From the NCBI GenBank assembly GCA_964637295.1, contig CAZWWE010000004.1, positions 26,674-90,673 on the forward strand: a stretch of DNA of 64,000 bases, given 5' to 3'. Positions 37,342 to 46,112 of the stretch are shown here, piece by piece; the stretch's first letter is position 1; each line of letters opens with the position of its first letter. The notes under the pieces are model-generated. The model saw only the letters and a list, made by a program, of their open reading frames with translations. It was not told where the DNA came from and did not search any database. The position numbers were made by a program, and so were the translations under genes. The stretch is from an uncultured Pseudomonadales bacterium. Its GTDB lineage: Bacteria > Patescibacteriota > Microgenomatia > UBA1400 > PJMF01.

Positions 37342-37862
37342 ATAAACCCACAGTGATTTTACTAGTGGCGATGAGCAGTGATGGTTTCATTGCTCCACTT
37401 AACAAAGAAAAATTACCTTCGACTAGTTGGACTAGTCCAGAAGACAAGCAATTTTTTACAGCTCAAAGCAAGGCCATTGGCACTTTAATCATGGGTTCTA
37501 AAACTTTTGAAACGATTGGTCGAGTTTTACCAGATAGACGCATGATTGTGATGACCAGTAAACCAGCGCATTATGCTCCATATCGTGATCCTAATTTGGT
37601 TTTTACCGATGAGAGCCCAGAGGCAATTTTGACTGATTTAAGTCAACAAGGCATTAGACAAGTGGCGCTTTGCGGTGGAGCCAGGATTTATCAATTGTTT
37701 TTACAAAAAAACTTAGTAGACAAAATGTTGATTACGGTGGAGCCGCATGTTTTCAGTGAAGGAATCAAATTATTTACTGGTGCAATCGAAGCAAAATTTA
37801 AACTATTGGCAAAAACAAAACTTAATGAACAAGGAACTCTTCTGTTGGAATATTCACTCTAG
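37338..37862 (+). CDS. RibD C-terminal domain-family reductase (dihydrofolate reductase-like)
   Basis: ILLVAMSSDGFIA ... TLIMGSKTFETIG ... LCGGARIYQLFL pattern of the bacterial deaminase-reductase C-terminal/DHFR-like fold; start overlaps CofE-like stop (translational coupling). Confidence 0.7.
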   Translation: MNKPTVILLVAMSSDGFIAPLNKEKLPSTSWTSPEDKQFFTAQSKAIGTLIMGSKTFETIGRVLPDRRMIVMTSKPAHYAPYRDPNLVFTDESPEAILTDLSQQGIRQVALCGGARIYQLFLQKNLVDKMLITVEPHVFSEGIKLFTGAIEAKFKLLAKTKLNEQGTLLLEYSL

Positions 37863-37891
37863 TTATCTTTTTTTGTCGCTGAACATCTTCA

Positions 37892-38497
37892 TTAAACAAA
37901 ATAGCTTGCTCCATGACCAGGATAAACTTCTGAATATTTGTTAGCCTGAGCTATTTTTTTTAACTTAGCTAGACTGTTTTGTAAATCTTTGCTACTGGAG
38001 TAAGCAAAGTCTGTGCGCCCGACATTGCCCTCTGCAAAAATGGTGTCGCCACTTAATAAAATTTTACTTTTTTCATCTAACAAACAGATGCTACCTGGAG
38101 TATGGCCAGGAGTGTGAATAATTTGAAAATTTTCCCCGATCAAATCAAGTTGCTGTTGTTTTTTTAGATCAAAATCTGCTGCCGGGACAGGATCACTTTC
38201 TAAACCAAGCCAGTGAAGTGCACTAACTTGGGCTCTCATCAGTAAAAACTGATCGGCAAAACTCATCATAATTGGCATATCCCAAGCGCTTTTTAGACTG
38301 AGTAAGCCTAAACAATGATCAAAATGTCCATGAGTCAAAATAACGGCGCTTAATTTTAAATTGTTGCGCAGCAATTCTTCATTCAAAAAATCGCCATCAT
38401 CAGCTGGATCAATAATAATGGCTTCACCACTTAAATCATTCCATAATAAGTAACAATTGGTTTGTAAATTACCCAAAATGAAAGTTTTCATTTGCAT
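37892..38497 (-). CDS. MBL-fold metallo-hydrolase (glyoxalase II-like)
   Basis: ILTHGHFDHCLG binuclear metal motif. Confidence 0.8.
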   Translation of the reverse strand: MQMKTFILGNLQTNCYLLWNDLSGEAIIIDPADDGDFLNEELLRNNLKLSAVILTHGHFDHCLGLLSLKSAWDMPIMMSFADQFLLMRAQVSALHWLGLESDPVPAADFDLKKQQQLDLIGENFQIIHTPGHTPGSICLLDEKSKILLSGDTIFAEGNVGRTDFAYSSSKDLQNSLAKLKKIAQANKYSEVYPGHGASYFV

Positions 38498-38519
38498 AAA
38501 GCCATGTTAGCATGAATTC

Positions 38520-38686
38520 ATAATTCTGTTCTTTAAATCAAGTCATGCTACACTAAAATTATAGCTTAAATGAGCTCAACAATCTTTGTTTCGCTCAATG
38601 AATTCGCTGTTTAAATAATTGGTTATGTATTTATGATCGATTAATCAGCTCATTCAATGGCCTTGATTTAAAGAACAGAATTATTT
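38520..38686. repeat. perfect ~24-bp inverted repeat pair (taattctgttctttaaatcaag / cttgatttaaagaacagaatta) flanking a ~120-bp core with nested inverted repeats
   Basis: Read directly: left arm 38520-38542, right arm 38663-38686; inner IR aatgagctca / cagctcattc. Confidence 0.85.
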
Positions 38687-38711
38687 TGAGTAAAATGTAG
38701 AATTTATTTTT

Positions 38712-39143
38712 ATGGAAATCAAAATCAAGCTTTTTGACCAGTCCTTAGCTTTGCCAGAATATAAAAGCCGTGGCGCCGCTGCCCTTGACCTTTATAGCCG
38801 TTTAGATTTGTGTATTGAACCAGGCACAGTGGCTTATGTGCCGCTCAATATCGCCTTACAACTTCCAGCTAATTATTTCGTGCTTTTATCAGCTCGTAGT
38901 TCACTTCATAAAAAAGGCTTGATGATGGCCAATGGTATTGGCATCGGTGATGCTGATTATTGTGGTGATGGTGATGAATATCAAGCGGCTTTATATAATT
39001 TTAGTCGAGAAAAAGTTTCCATTGAAAAAGGGGAACGCTTAGTACAAATGATCATTTTGTCGAGAGAAAAAATCGAACTAGTCAAATTAGCAAATTTTGC
39101 CAATAGCAATCGTGGCGGCTTTGGCAGTACCGGTAGAAAGTAA
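38712..39143 (+). CDS. dut: dUTP diphosphatase
   Basis: KSRGAAALDLYS, SARSSLHKKGL, GIGIGDADYCGD dUTPase motifs I-III. Confidence 0.9.
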   Translation: MEIKIKLFDQSLALPEYKSRGAAALDLYSRLDLCIEPGTVAYVPLNIALQLPANYFVLLSARSSLHKKGLMMANGIGIGDADYCGDGDEYQAALYNFSREKVSIEKGERLVQMIILSREKIELVKLANFANSNRGGFGSTGRK

Positions 39144-39149
39144 CAAAGC

Positions 39150-40100
39150 ATGAGTGGGAATCAGGAACAATTAGCTGACCTATTAAATCAAATTGGTTAT
39201 CGAGAAACCACGCATCCTGTTACTAAACAAGCCGATCATTTAACTAACTTGCCATCGCTTCTTACGTATACTTTAGCAGAATTAAGAGAACTCGAAGAAG
39301 AATATGAGAAACTCATGCGTCTTCGAGAAAATCAAAGACATCTTCAAGAAAAGCAAAGACCGGCTGAAGCAGAAGCAAAAAAAGCTCGCCAGCAGTTTTT
39401 GATGGAATTTGCTGATTTTATGGTGATGCTTAAATTGGTAATTGAAAAACTTCAAGCCCCCTTTTCGCTTGAAGAAAGAGTTTTGCCAGTTAATGGTCAA
39501 TTCAATGGTCGATTTGATTCTTTGTATGAACAGACCGTAAACCTTGGTGAAGGTAGAAAGATTGTTGCGGATCTAGACTTCATTTTTTGTGAAGCTCTTT
39601 CTTTGCTTAAATTTCTCAACATCGAGTTACAGGCAGAGGCTCTTTGTCTCAGCTTAAATCGCAAATTGTGGGCCAATCGTGAGCCGCGTTTTTTTCAAAT
39701 AGAACCTGGCATGAACGAAGCAGATCTGTTGCAAAAAGCTAATCACGCTTTTCGAGTTTTGCGTCTGTTGAGGCGCCAGCTTTTGGATGATTTAGGTCTT
39801 GAGATACACTTGCAAACTTGGATCACTGATTTTTTTGCACCAGAAATTTTAGATTGGCGACACAGCGAGCAAGTTTTAGGAGCTTTGCCAGCTCAAGTCG
39901 CTGCTTTCAGACAAATGATTGCTGATCAAGTTAGTTGGACTTTGACCGCTCAAAAGCCAGCATCGACAAATAATCAGCTTGATCCGCAATTAGAAGCTAA
40001 ACTTAAAATAGCTGGAGCCTGTTCTTTGTCACCAGCTGAGGCGATGGTCTCGGTCCAAGCGGATGGTGCGCCAGCGATCAATAATGCTTTTTCGACTTAA
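39150..40100 (+). CDS. hypothetical protein (316 aa) in the dut-tmk operon
   Basis: ORF only; largely helical composition; tightly packed between dut and tmk. Confidence 0.5.
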   Translation: MSGNQEQLADLLNQIGYRETTHPVTKQADHLTNLPSLLTYTLAELRELEEEYEKLMRLRENQRHLQEKQRPAEAEAKKARQQFLMEFADFMVMLKLVIEKLQAPFSLEERVLPVNGQFNGRFDSLYEQTVNLGEGRKIVADLDFIFCEALSLLKFLNIELQAEALCLSLNRKLWANREPRFFQIEPGMNEADLLQKANHAFRVLRLLRRQLLDDLGLEIHLQTWITDFFAPEILDWRHSEQVLGALPAQVAAFRQMIADQVSWTLTAQKPASTNNQLDPQLEAKLKIAGACSLSPAEAMVSVQADGAPAINNAFST

Positions 40101-40123
40101 ATGGATAATTAAAAAAAGGAGTC

Positions 40124-40834
40124 ATGATGAAAAAAAAGGGTTTGTTAATTACTTTGGAAGGTGGCGAAGGAGTGGGTAAGTCAACTCAAGTAGTACAACT
40201 CAAAGAACAACTGATTAGACTTGGTCGTGATGTCATTGTTTTGCGTGAGCCAGGTGGCACTAGCATCAGCGAGCAAATTCGTGAAGTAGTTTTATCTAAT
40301 AAAAATGTTGGCATGGCTTATACCACTGAGGTGCTACTTTTTCAGGCAGCTAGGGCACAGATTTATCGAGAAATTGTTTTACCTTCTTTGGAATTGGGTA
40401 AGATTGTCATCATGGATCGTTCAAGAGATAGTAGCGTGGTTTACCAAGGTATGGTGAGAGGTTTTGGCGTAGAAATTGTGGAGCAATTGAATGATATTTC
40501 TACCAAAAAAACTTATCCAGATATAACTTTTTTGCTTGATGCTCCAGTTGAAATAGGTTTGAAAAGACGCATGAATTTGGAAGGTGCAAACCGCATTGAT
40601 TACGAAGCCAAAGATTTTCATGAAAAAATTCGTCAAGCTTATTTACAAGTTGCTAAAGCTGATCAACAAAAACATGGTCCGCATTCGCGTTGGCAAATTA
40701 TCGACGCCTCTTTGCCGACTGAAGCAGTGCAGGCCCAACTGTGGAGTAAAACGCAAAATTTCTTATCAAAAATTAAAACCAAAAACTGGGAAAATCAATT
40801 AAGCAATATTAGTATCGATTATCTAGAAGAATAG
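40124..40834 (+). CDS. tmk: thymidylate kinase
   Basis: LITLEGGEGVGKST P-loop, DRSRDSSVVYQG DR(Y/H) motif. Confidence 0.9.
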   Translation: MMKKKGLLITLEGGEGVGKSTQVVQLKEQLIRLGRDVIVLREPGGTSISEQIREVVLSNKNVGMAYTTEVLLFQAARAQIYREIVLPSLELGKIVIMDRSRDSSVVYQGMVRGFGVEIVEQLNDISTKKTYPDITFLLDAPVEIGLKRRMNLEGANRIDYEAKDFHEKIRQAYLQVAKADQQKHGPHSRWQIIDASLPTEAVQAQLWSKTQNFLSKIKTKNWENQLSNISIDYLEE

Positions 40835-40848
40835 AAAAATGACAACGC

Positions 40849-41460
40849 ATGCAAAAATTACCTAAAGCTGTCCGACAATTAGTGGAAAAATTTGAACGCT
40901 TACCAGGTATTGGTCCACGTTCAGCTCAGCGCTTGGTTTTTTATCTTTTGCACAATCCCGCTCACGAACTAGAAGATTTCGCTGAGAAACTTTTGGCTTT
41001 AAAAAAAGAAACGGTCATGTGTGCTCATTGTCACAATATTGCTGAAAGTGATCCCTGCGCCATTTGTGCTGATCGCAATCGTGACCAAAGTCTTCTGTGC
41101 GTGGTGGAGCAACCCTTGGATCTATTGGCGATTGAAAAATCAGATCAGTATCATGGTCTTTATCATGTGCTACATGGTTGCATAGCGCCACTGAACAATA
41201 TCGGTCCTGACCAACTTTATTTAAGAGATTTATTAAAGCGCCTAGATGGAGTGACAGAGTTAATTTTGGCCACCAATCCCACTATGGAAGGCGAAGCCAC
41301 GGCGCTTTATATCAAAGAAATGATTGCTACTTCTAATTTAAAAAACAAAGATCATATTAACTTAACTCGCATCGGTCATGGTTTGCCAATTGGCGCCGAT
41401 ATTGAGTACGCTGATGGCATTACTTTGGCTCGTGCACTCGAGGGTAGAAGACAGATTTAA
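40849..41460 (+). CDS. recR: recombination protein RecR
   Basis: LPGIGPRSAQRLVFYLL HhH, C4 zinc finger CAHCHNIAESDPCAICAD, Toprim domain. Confidence 0.95.
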   Translation: MQKLPKAVRQLVEKFERLPGIGPRSAQRLVFYLLHNPAHELEDFAEKLLALKKETVMCAHCHNIAESDPCAICADRNRDQSLLCVVEQPLDLLAIEKSDQYHGLYHVLHGCIAPLNNIGPDQLYLRDLLKRLDGVTELILATNPTMEGEATALYIKEMIATSNLKNKDHINLTRIGHGLPIGADIEYADGITLARALEGRRQI

Positions 41461-41625
41461 TTGATCAGTGCGGTCAATTTTTAGCTTGCTTAATTTGCTT
41501 TTTTTTGTTAAGCTTTATGGGAATGAAATCAACGATCAAACAATTAGTTTGCTGCTAATTGGGGGGTCGTTTTTTTTAAAAATTATTGTCTCTATTTTTT
41601 CAATAGAGACTAGAAGGAATCACTG

Positions 41626-41970
41626 ATGACCAATATCATTGTGCAAGCTAAAAGTTTAAAAGTTACCAGAGCTCTACGTGAATTTATTCAGAGACAAGCC
41701 AGCAAGCTGAATAAATTAAAAGATTTAAAAATTAGCAAAGTGACGGTGTATTTAGAACAAGATACCAAAAAAGCCAGTGATAACAAAAAAGTCAGTGTGA
41801 AATACAGTATTGAGATCCCTGGCAAAGATTTATGGGTGGAGATTAATGGCTACGATTTTTATGATGCCATTGTGGACGCCACAAACGCTGCCTTGCGTAA
41901 AATGCGCGCTGCCAAAGAAAAGAAAACTGGCTATCGACGCTTGAGTAAGGGTGAGCAGCAATTTGTTTAA
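41626..41970 (+). CDS. hpf: ribosome hibernation promoting factor (short HPF/RaiA)
   Basis: MTNIIVQAKSLKVTRALREFIQRQASKLNKL S30AE/sigma54-modulation fold signature. Confidence 0.8.
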   Translation: MTNIIVQAKSLKVTRALREFIQRQASKLNKLKDLKISKVTVYLEQDTKKASDNKKVSVKYSIEIPGKDLWVEINGYDFYDAIVDATNAALRKMRAAKEKKTGYRRLSKGEQQFV

Positions 41971-42007
41971 GAAATTTGTAATTTTACAAGATAAGTTCTC
42001 TTGAGTC

Positions 42008-42430
42008 TTGTTTTCTGCGGTTTTTTTCTGTTACCATGAAGACATGGCAGATAATCAAGATCCTTTAGCAGCTTTGCAAAAATTATTAAGCAGCCAACAA
42101 CCAGTAGATGTGGCTAGTCAGGCAGCTTCAACAACGGCTTCTTCAGTGGCAAATTCGGCATTAACCGATTCAGAACCAGAGGATAGCCAGGAACCGGCAA
42201 ACGCGGGTCCAACAGCTCAAGAAATTGCTCTCTTACAAGAGCAAAAAACAGCTGAAGATCGTTTAAAAATTCAAGCACAATTACAGATGATGGCAGCAGA
42301 GCTCAAGGCAACTCCGCAATATCAAGCAAGATTAAATCAAAAAGAAAGTGCAGAAGCTGAGTTAGCTAAAAAAAGATTGGAAGAGCGAAGTAAAAAAATT
42401 TTTCAATTAAAACATTTGGAAAACAATTAA
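42008..42430 (+). CDS. hypothetical Gln/Ala-rich low-complexity protein
   Basis: ORF only; start likely internal (MADNQDPL at about 42044). Confidence 0.4.
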   Translation: MFSAVFFCYHEDMADNQDPLAALQKLLSSQQPVDVASQAASTTASSVANSALTDSEPEDSQEPANAGPTAQEIALLQEQKTAEDRLKIQAQLQMMAAELKATPQYQARLNQKESAEAELAKKRLEERSKKIFQLKHLENN

Positions 42431-42448
42431 AAGTTAAAAGTAAAATCT

Positions 42449-43117
42449 ATGCCAGGATTAAATGCAGCACACTCTGGAGGGAAAATGCAAATGCGGCCAG
42501 GAGGTGGTTTTCGCCAAAGCTTTGGCTTTGGCTTAAGTGACGAACACGAAAGTTCTTTGGCCAATGCTGCTTTGACCAGCCAAAAACAAAGTGCTCAGCA
42601 AGCTTCGGTTTTAGGTCAGCAAGGAGTGGCTAAGCAACAAGCAGTAAATGCTGGTGCAGGCCAGACACCGCTCGCTGCCAGTGAAGTGGCACAAGCGCAA
42701 ACTCCACCAAGAGAAGTTTCTAGTTTGGGTGATGAATTACTCAAACGACCTCTTAAAGATCTTTTACAAACTGGCAAAGCTTTTTTTGATCTCAATGCAC
42801 TGTTGGGTATAAATCCAGAAGACCCACCAGAAAAAAAAGCTAAAAAACAAAAAATTGCTCAAAATTGGCAAAAATTAACTCATGAAGAACAAGCTTACGT
42901 GCAAGAGCAATATCAATTAGAACAACAAAAAAAACAGCAAGAATTGCAGGCGCAGCAAGAACGCAAAGAACGAGAAGCACAAGAGGCAGAAGCGACTGCC
43001 ATCGCTCCACCCAGTAGCCCGAAAAAAGGACCTGTGGGTCTAAGTGGAAACAAAAAACAACAAACCTCTCAATTATTGCAAAATCGAAGAACACAAATGA
43101 CTCAAGCCGATGGCTAG
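42449..43117 (+). CDS. hypothetical Gln/Ala/Lys-rich low-complexity protein with predicted coiled coil
   Basis: ORF only; EQQKKQQELQAQQERKEREAQEAEA segment. Confidence 0.4.
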   Translation: MPGLNAAHSGGKMQMRPGGGFRQSFGFGLSDEHESSLANAALTSQKQSAQQASVLGQQGVAKQQAVNAGAGQTPLAASEVAQAQTPPREVSSLGDELLKRPLKDLLQTGKAFFDLNALLGINPEDPPEKKAKKQKIAQNWQKLTHEEQAYVQEQYQLEQQKKQQELQAQQERKEREAQEAEATAIAPPSSPKKGPVGLSGNKKQQTSQLLQNRRTQMTQADG

Positions 43118-43154
43118 TCAAACTGATCTAGTCAAGTTACAATAAGTTATAACA

Positions 43155-44630
43155 GTGATAAAACTTTATAACACTCTCTCCAAAAAAATTGAGGAATTTT
43201 CTCCGCTACATGAGGATTCAATGCAAGTTGGTCTCTATGCCTGTGGACCGACTGTTTATGACTACACTCATATCGGACACTTGCGCAAATACGTGATGGA
43301 TGATGTTTTAGTAAGAGTACTGCGTCATCATGGTTTCGAAGTGAAACACGTCCAAAATATTACCGATGTTGGTCACTTGGTTTCTGATGATGACGAGGGT
43401 GAAGATAAGATGGAAAAGGGAGCGCGCAAATATGGTCAAACTGCTTGGGTATTGGCGAGAAAGTTTGAAAAATATTTTTTTGACAGCATGGATCGAATGA
43501 ATGTGTTAAGACCGACTTTAAGTTGTCGAGCGACAGAACACATTCAGAGTCAATTAGACTTGGTATTAAATCTTGAGAAAAAGGGTTTTACTTATGTCAT
43601 TGCTGATGATGGAGTCTATTTTGATACCTCTAAGCTCGAGACCTACGGAGAATTAAGTGGACATGATCCTCGTCTTGCTGATCACGAACAGAGAATTGTG
43701 AGTAATCTTCATAAAAAAAACCAAAGCGATTTTGCTTTGTGGAAATTTGAAAAACCTGGGGAAAATCGCCAAATGGTTTGGCAAAGTCCTTGGCATCCGC
43801 GCAGTTTTCCTGGTTGGCACGTTGAGTGCAGTGCGATGAGCATTGAACACCTTGGCCCGCAAATTGACATTCACACTGGTGGCATTGATCATATTGCTAT
43901 TCATCACAATAATGAAATTGCTCAATCAGAAACTTACACTGGTCAAAAACCTTTTGCTCGTTTTTGGGTACATCATAATTTTTTGCTAGTTGATGGCGAA
44001 AAGATGAGTAAATCTTTGGGTAATTTTTATACGATTGATGATTTAGTGAAAAAAGGCTTTTCACCCATGGCCCTACGCTTACTGTTTCTCAATAGTCATT
44101 ATCGCAGTGAACAAAACTTTACTTTTGCTAGTCTAGAAGCAAGTCAAACTGCCTGGCAAAAATTATTACAAATTTATTTTAATCTCAAAAAAAATAAACA
44201 CAGTGCTCTTGATCAACCGGATAAAACTCAACAAGTCGTTGCTCAGCAATTCCTTCAGGCTTTTGATCAAGCGATCGACAATGATCTTAACACTGCCGCC
44301 GCCCTCGCTGTTTTATGGCGCATGCTCAAAGATAATAATCTAAGCGTATCTCAAAAATATCAATTATTATTAGATTTCGATCGCATTTTAGGTTTGGGCT
44401 TAATTGCTCAGAGTGAAACAGAATGGTCATTGCAAGAAATCGAGCTTGCTCCAAATGATTTGTCTCAAGACTTACAGGCTCTTTTTTTCGAGAGAGAGAA
44501 AGCTCGTCAGGCCAAAAATTATGTAAAAGCCGATCAACTAAGAGCGCAGTTTTTAAAAGCTGGTTATCAATTGATTGATCAAGGTGAACAAGTGTTAATC
44601 AAAAAACTATCTCAGCCTGTAAATAAGTAG
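43155..44630 (+). CDS. cysS: cysteine--tRNA ligase
   Basis: CGPTVYDYTHIGHLR (HIGH) and KMSKSLGN motifs; zinc-binding Cys residues. Confidence 0.95.
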   Translation: MIKLYNTLSKKIEEFSPLHEDSMQVGLYACGPTVYDYTHIGHLRKYVMDDVLVRVLRHHGFEVKHVQNITDVGHLVSDDDEGEDKMEKGARKYGQTAWVLARKFEKYFFDSMDRMNVLRPTLSCRATEHIQSQLDLVLNLEKKGFTYVIADDGVYFDTSKLETYGELSGHDPRLADHEQRIVSNLHKKNQSDFALWKFEKPGENRQMVWQSPWHPRSFPGWHVECSAMSIEHLGPQIDIHTGGIDHIAIHHNNEIAQSETYTGQKPFARFWVHHNFLLVDGEKMSKSLGNFYTIDDLVKKGFSPMALRLLFLNSHYRSEQNFTFASLEASQTAWQKLLQIYFNLKKNKHSALDQPDKTQQVVAQQFLQAFDQAIDNDLNTAAALAVLWRMLKDNNLSVSQKYQLLLDFDRILGLGLIAQSETEWSLQEIELAPNDLSQDLQALFFEREKARQAKNYVKADQLRAQFLKAGYQLIDQGEQVLIKKLSQPVNK

Positions 44631-45294
44631 CACAGTGTTGGCGTATAGAATAAAAATTGCCTTTTGTCACAATGAGATGATCTAATAATTTAAGACCCAT
44701 TAGCTCAGCTAAACTACTAATTTTTTTGGTCAATAATAGATCATCTTCTGAGGGTTCTACGTTGCCAGAAGGATGATTGTGCACCAAGATAAAACTGTCT
44801 GCCCCCAGTTGTAAAGCAGGCGCAAAAATAGCTCGTGGTTCTAAAAAATTATAGTTCAGTCCACCAATGGCAACAGTTTGTTTACTCAATAATTCTTGAC
44901 GACCATTTAGATAAAAAGCCAAACAATACTCTTGTTTTTTGTGCCCTAATTCGCTCGAAAGGGCAAAAATTTTTTCAGGATTGTTGATCTGAGTTAAGTG
45001 TTGATTTTGGATAAATCGATAGCCCAACTCTAAGCTAGCTAGAATTTTATTAGCCAGAATTTCACCAATGCCAAAAATTTGAGTTAATGAAGCAGTGCTA
45101 ACTTTTTTATTTTGGTCAAAAATTTGTCTTTCCACTTTTTGGGCCAACTCTAAGACATTGCAATTTTTCAGGCCACTGCTGATAATGATAGCCAATAATT
45201 CACGGTTGCTTAGTGCTTGTATGCCTCTTTGACGTAATTTTTCTCTTGGTTGATAGCGCAAAGCAAGATTTTTAATTGCTTGTTTTTTTGTCAC
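44599..45294 (-). CDS. radC: RadC-like JAB/MPN domain protein
   Basis: HNHPSGNVEPSEDDLLLTKK JAMM motif; N-terminal HhH region. Confidence 0.85.
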   Translation of the reverse strand: MTKKQAIKNLALRYQPREKLRQRGIQALSNRELLAIIISSGLKNCNVLELAQKVERQIFDQNKKVSTASLTQIFGIGEILANKILASLELGYRFIQNQHLTQINNPEKIFALSSELGHKKQEYCLAFYLNGRQELLSKQTVAIGGLNYNFLEPRAIFAPALQLGADSFILVHNHPSGNVEPSEDDLLLTKKISSLAELMGLKLLDHLIVTKGNFYSIRQHCATYLQAEIVF

Positions 45295-45344
45295 CGACTA
45301 TCTATTATAATTAGAGTAGGTGACATGAAGTTAGCAACTTAACA

Positions 45345-45722
45345 TTAGAGTAAACGCTGTAAATGACTCGACAATTCTTCTCTGGAAGATTGCGAGCTAA
45401 GCAAGGCCAGTTTTTGGTCCCAATTTAGACCAGGCACAATGCTATATGGTTGATGAAGATCAACCACTAAAATCAAAGGAATGATTTTAGTATGGCTGGC
45501 TTGCTTCAGTGATTCGAGGAAATGAAGCATTTTTTTATTAGAGAAACTGCAACTTAAAAAAACTAAACTAATCTGATATTGCTCTAGTTTTTGAGTAGCG
45601 CTGAGGACATCGTTAACTCTAATTACTTGAAAAGCTTTTGAGTCTAAAAAAATATAAGGTTTTTGCAGAGCAGGGTTGGGCTCAACAATGAGAATAAAGG
45701 GAGAAGTTGAGTCTGCTAGCAT
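45345..45722 (-). CDS. degenerate (pseudo-)receiver domain protein
   Basis: REC-like topology (ILIVEPNP ... LVFLSCSFS ... IIPLILVVD) but acidic pocket residues and phospho-acceptor Asp replaced (EP, S). Confidence 0.4.
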   Translation of the reverse strand: MLADSTSPFILIVEPNPALQKPYIFLDSKAFQVIRVNDVLSATQKLEQYQISLVFLSCSFSNKKMLHFLESLKQASHTKIIPLILVVDLHQPYSIVPGLNWDQKLALLSSQSSREELSSHLQRLL

Positions 45723-45791
45723 ATTTTTATTAGATTTTTTCTAATAAAAATAGAGTAATGGTTTATCTGCAGTTAGTCAAGTAAACAAAAT

Positions 45792-46112
45792 ATGACAAAG
45801 TTAGATAAATTAGATAAAATTGCCAAAAAACTGAGACAAGCCAGAATAGAGGCTGCTTTTTCACAAAAAGCTTTGGCCGGTGCTCTGAAACTGTCTGATC
45901 GAACCATCAGTGCTTATGAAAAGGGCAGGGCCATGCCACCTTTGGCTACTTTACAAAACATTAGCAATCTTACTCACAAGTCTATTAACTATTTTTTAGA
46001 TGAAGAAATCAGCGAAGAAACCGATCTGACCTTGCAAGTTAAAATTAAAAAAATTGAACTTGAATTATTGCAAATTAAAAAAGCTCTCAAAGAACACGGT
46101 TTATGGGATTAG
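45792..46112 (+). CDS. XRE-family helix-turn-helix transcriptional regulator
   Basis: LRQARIEAAFSQKALAGALKLSDRTISAYEKGRAMPP HTH_3 pattern. Confidence 0.8.
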   Translation: MTKLDKLDKIAKKLRQARIEAAFSQKALAGALKLSDRTISAYEKGRAMPPLATLQNISNLTHKSINYFLDEEISEETDLTLQVKIKKIELELLQIKKALKEHGLWD

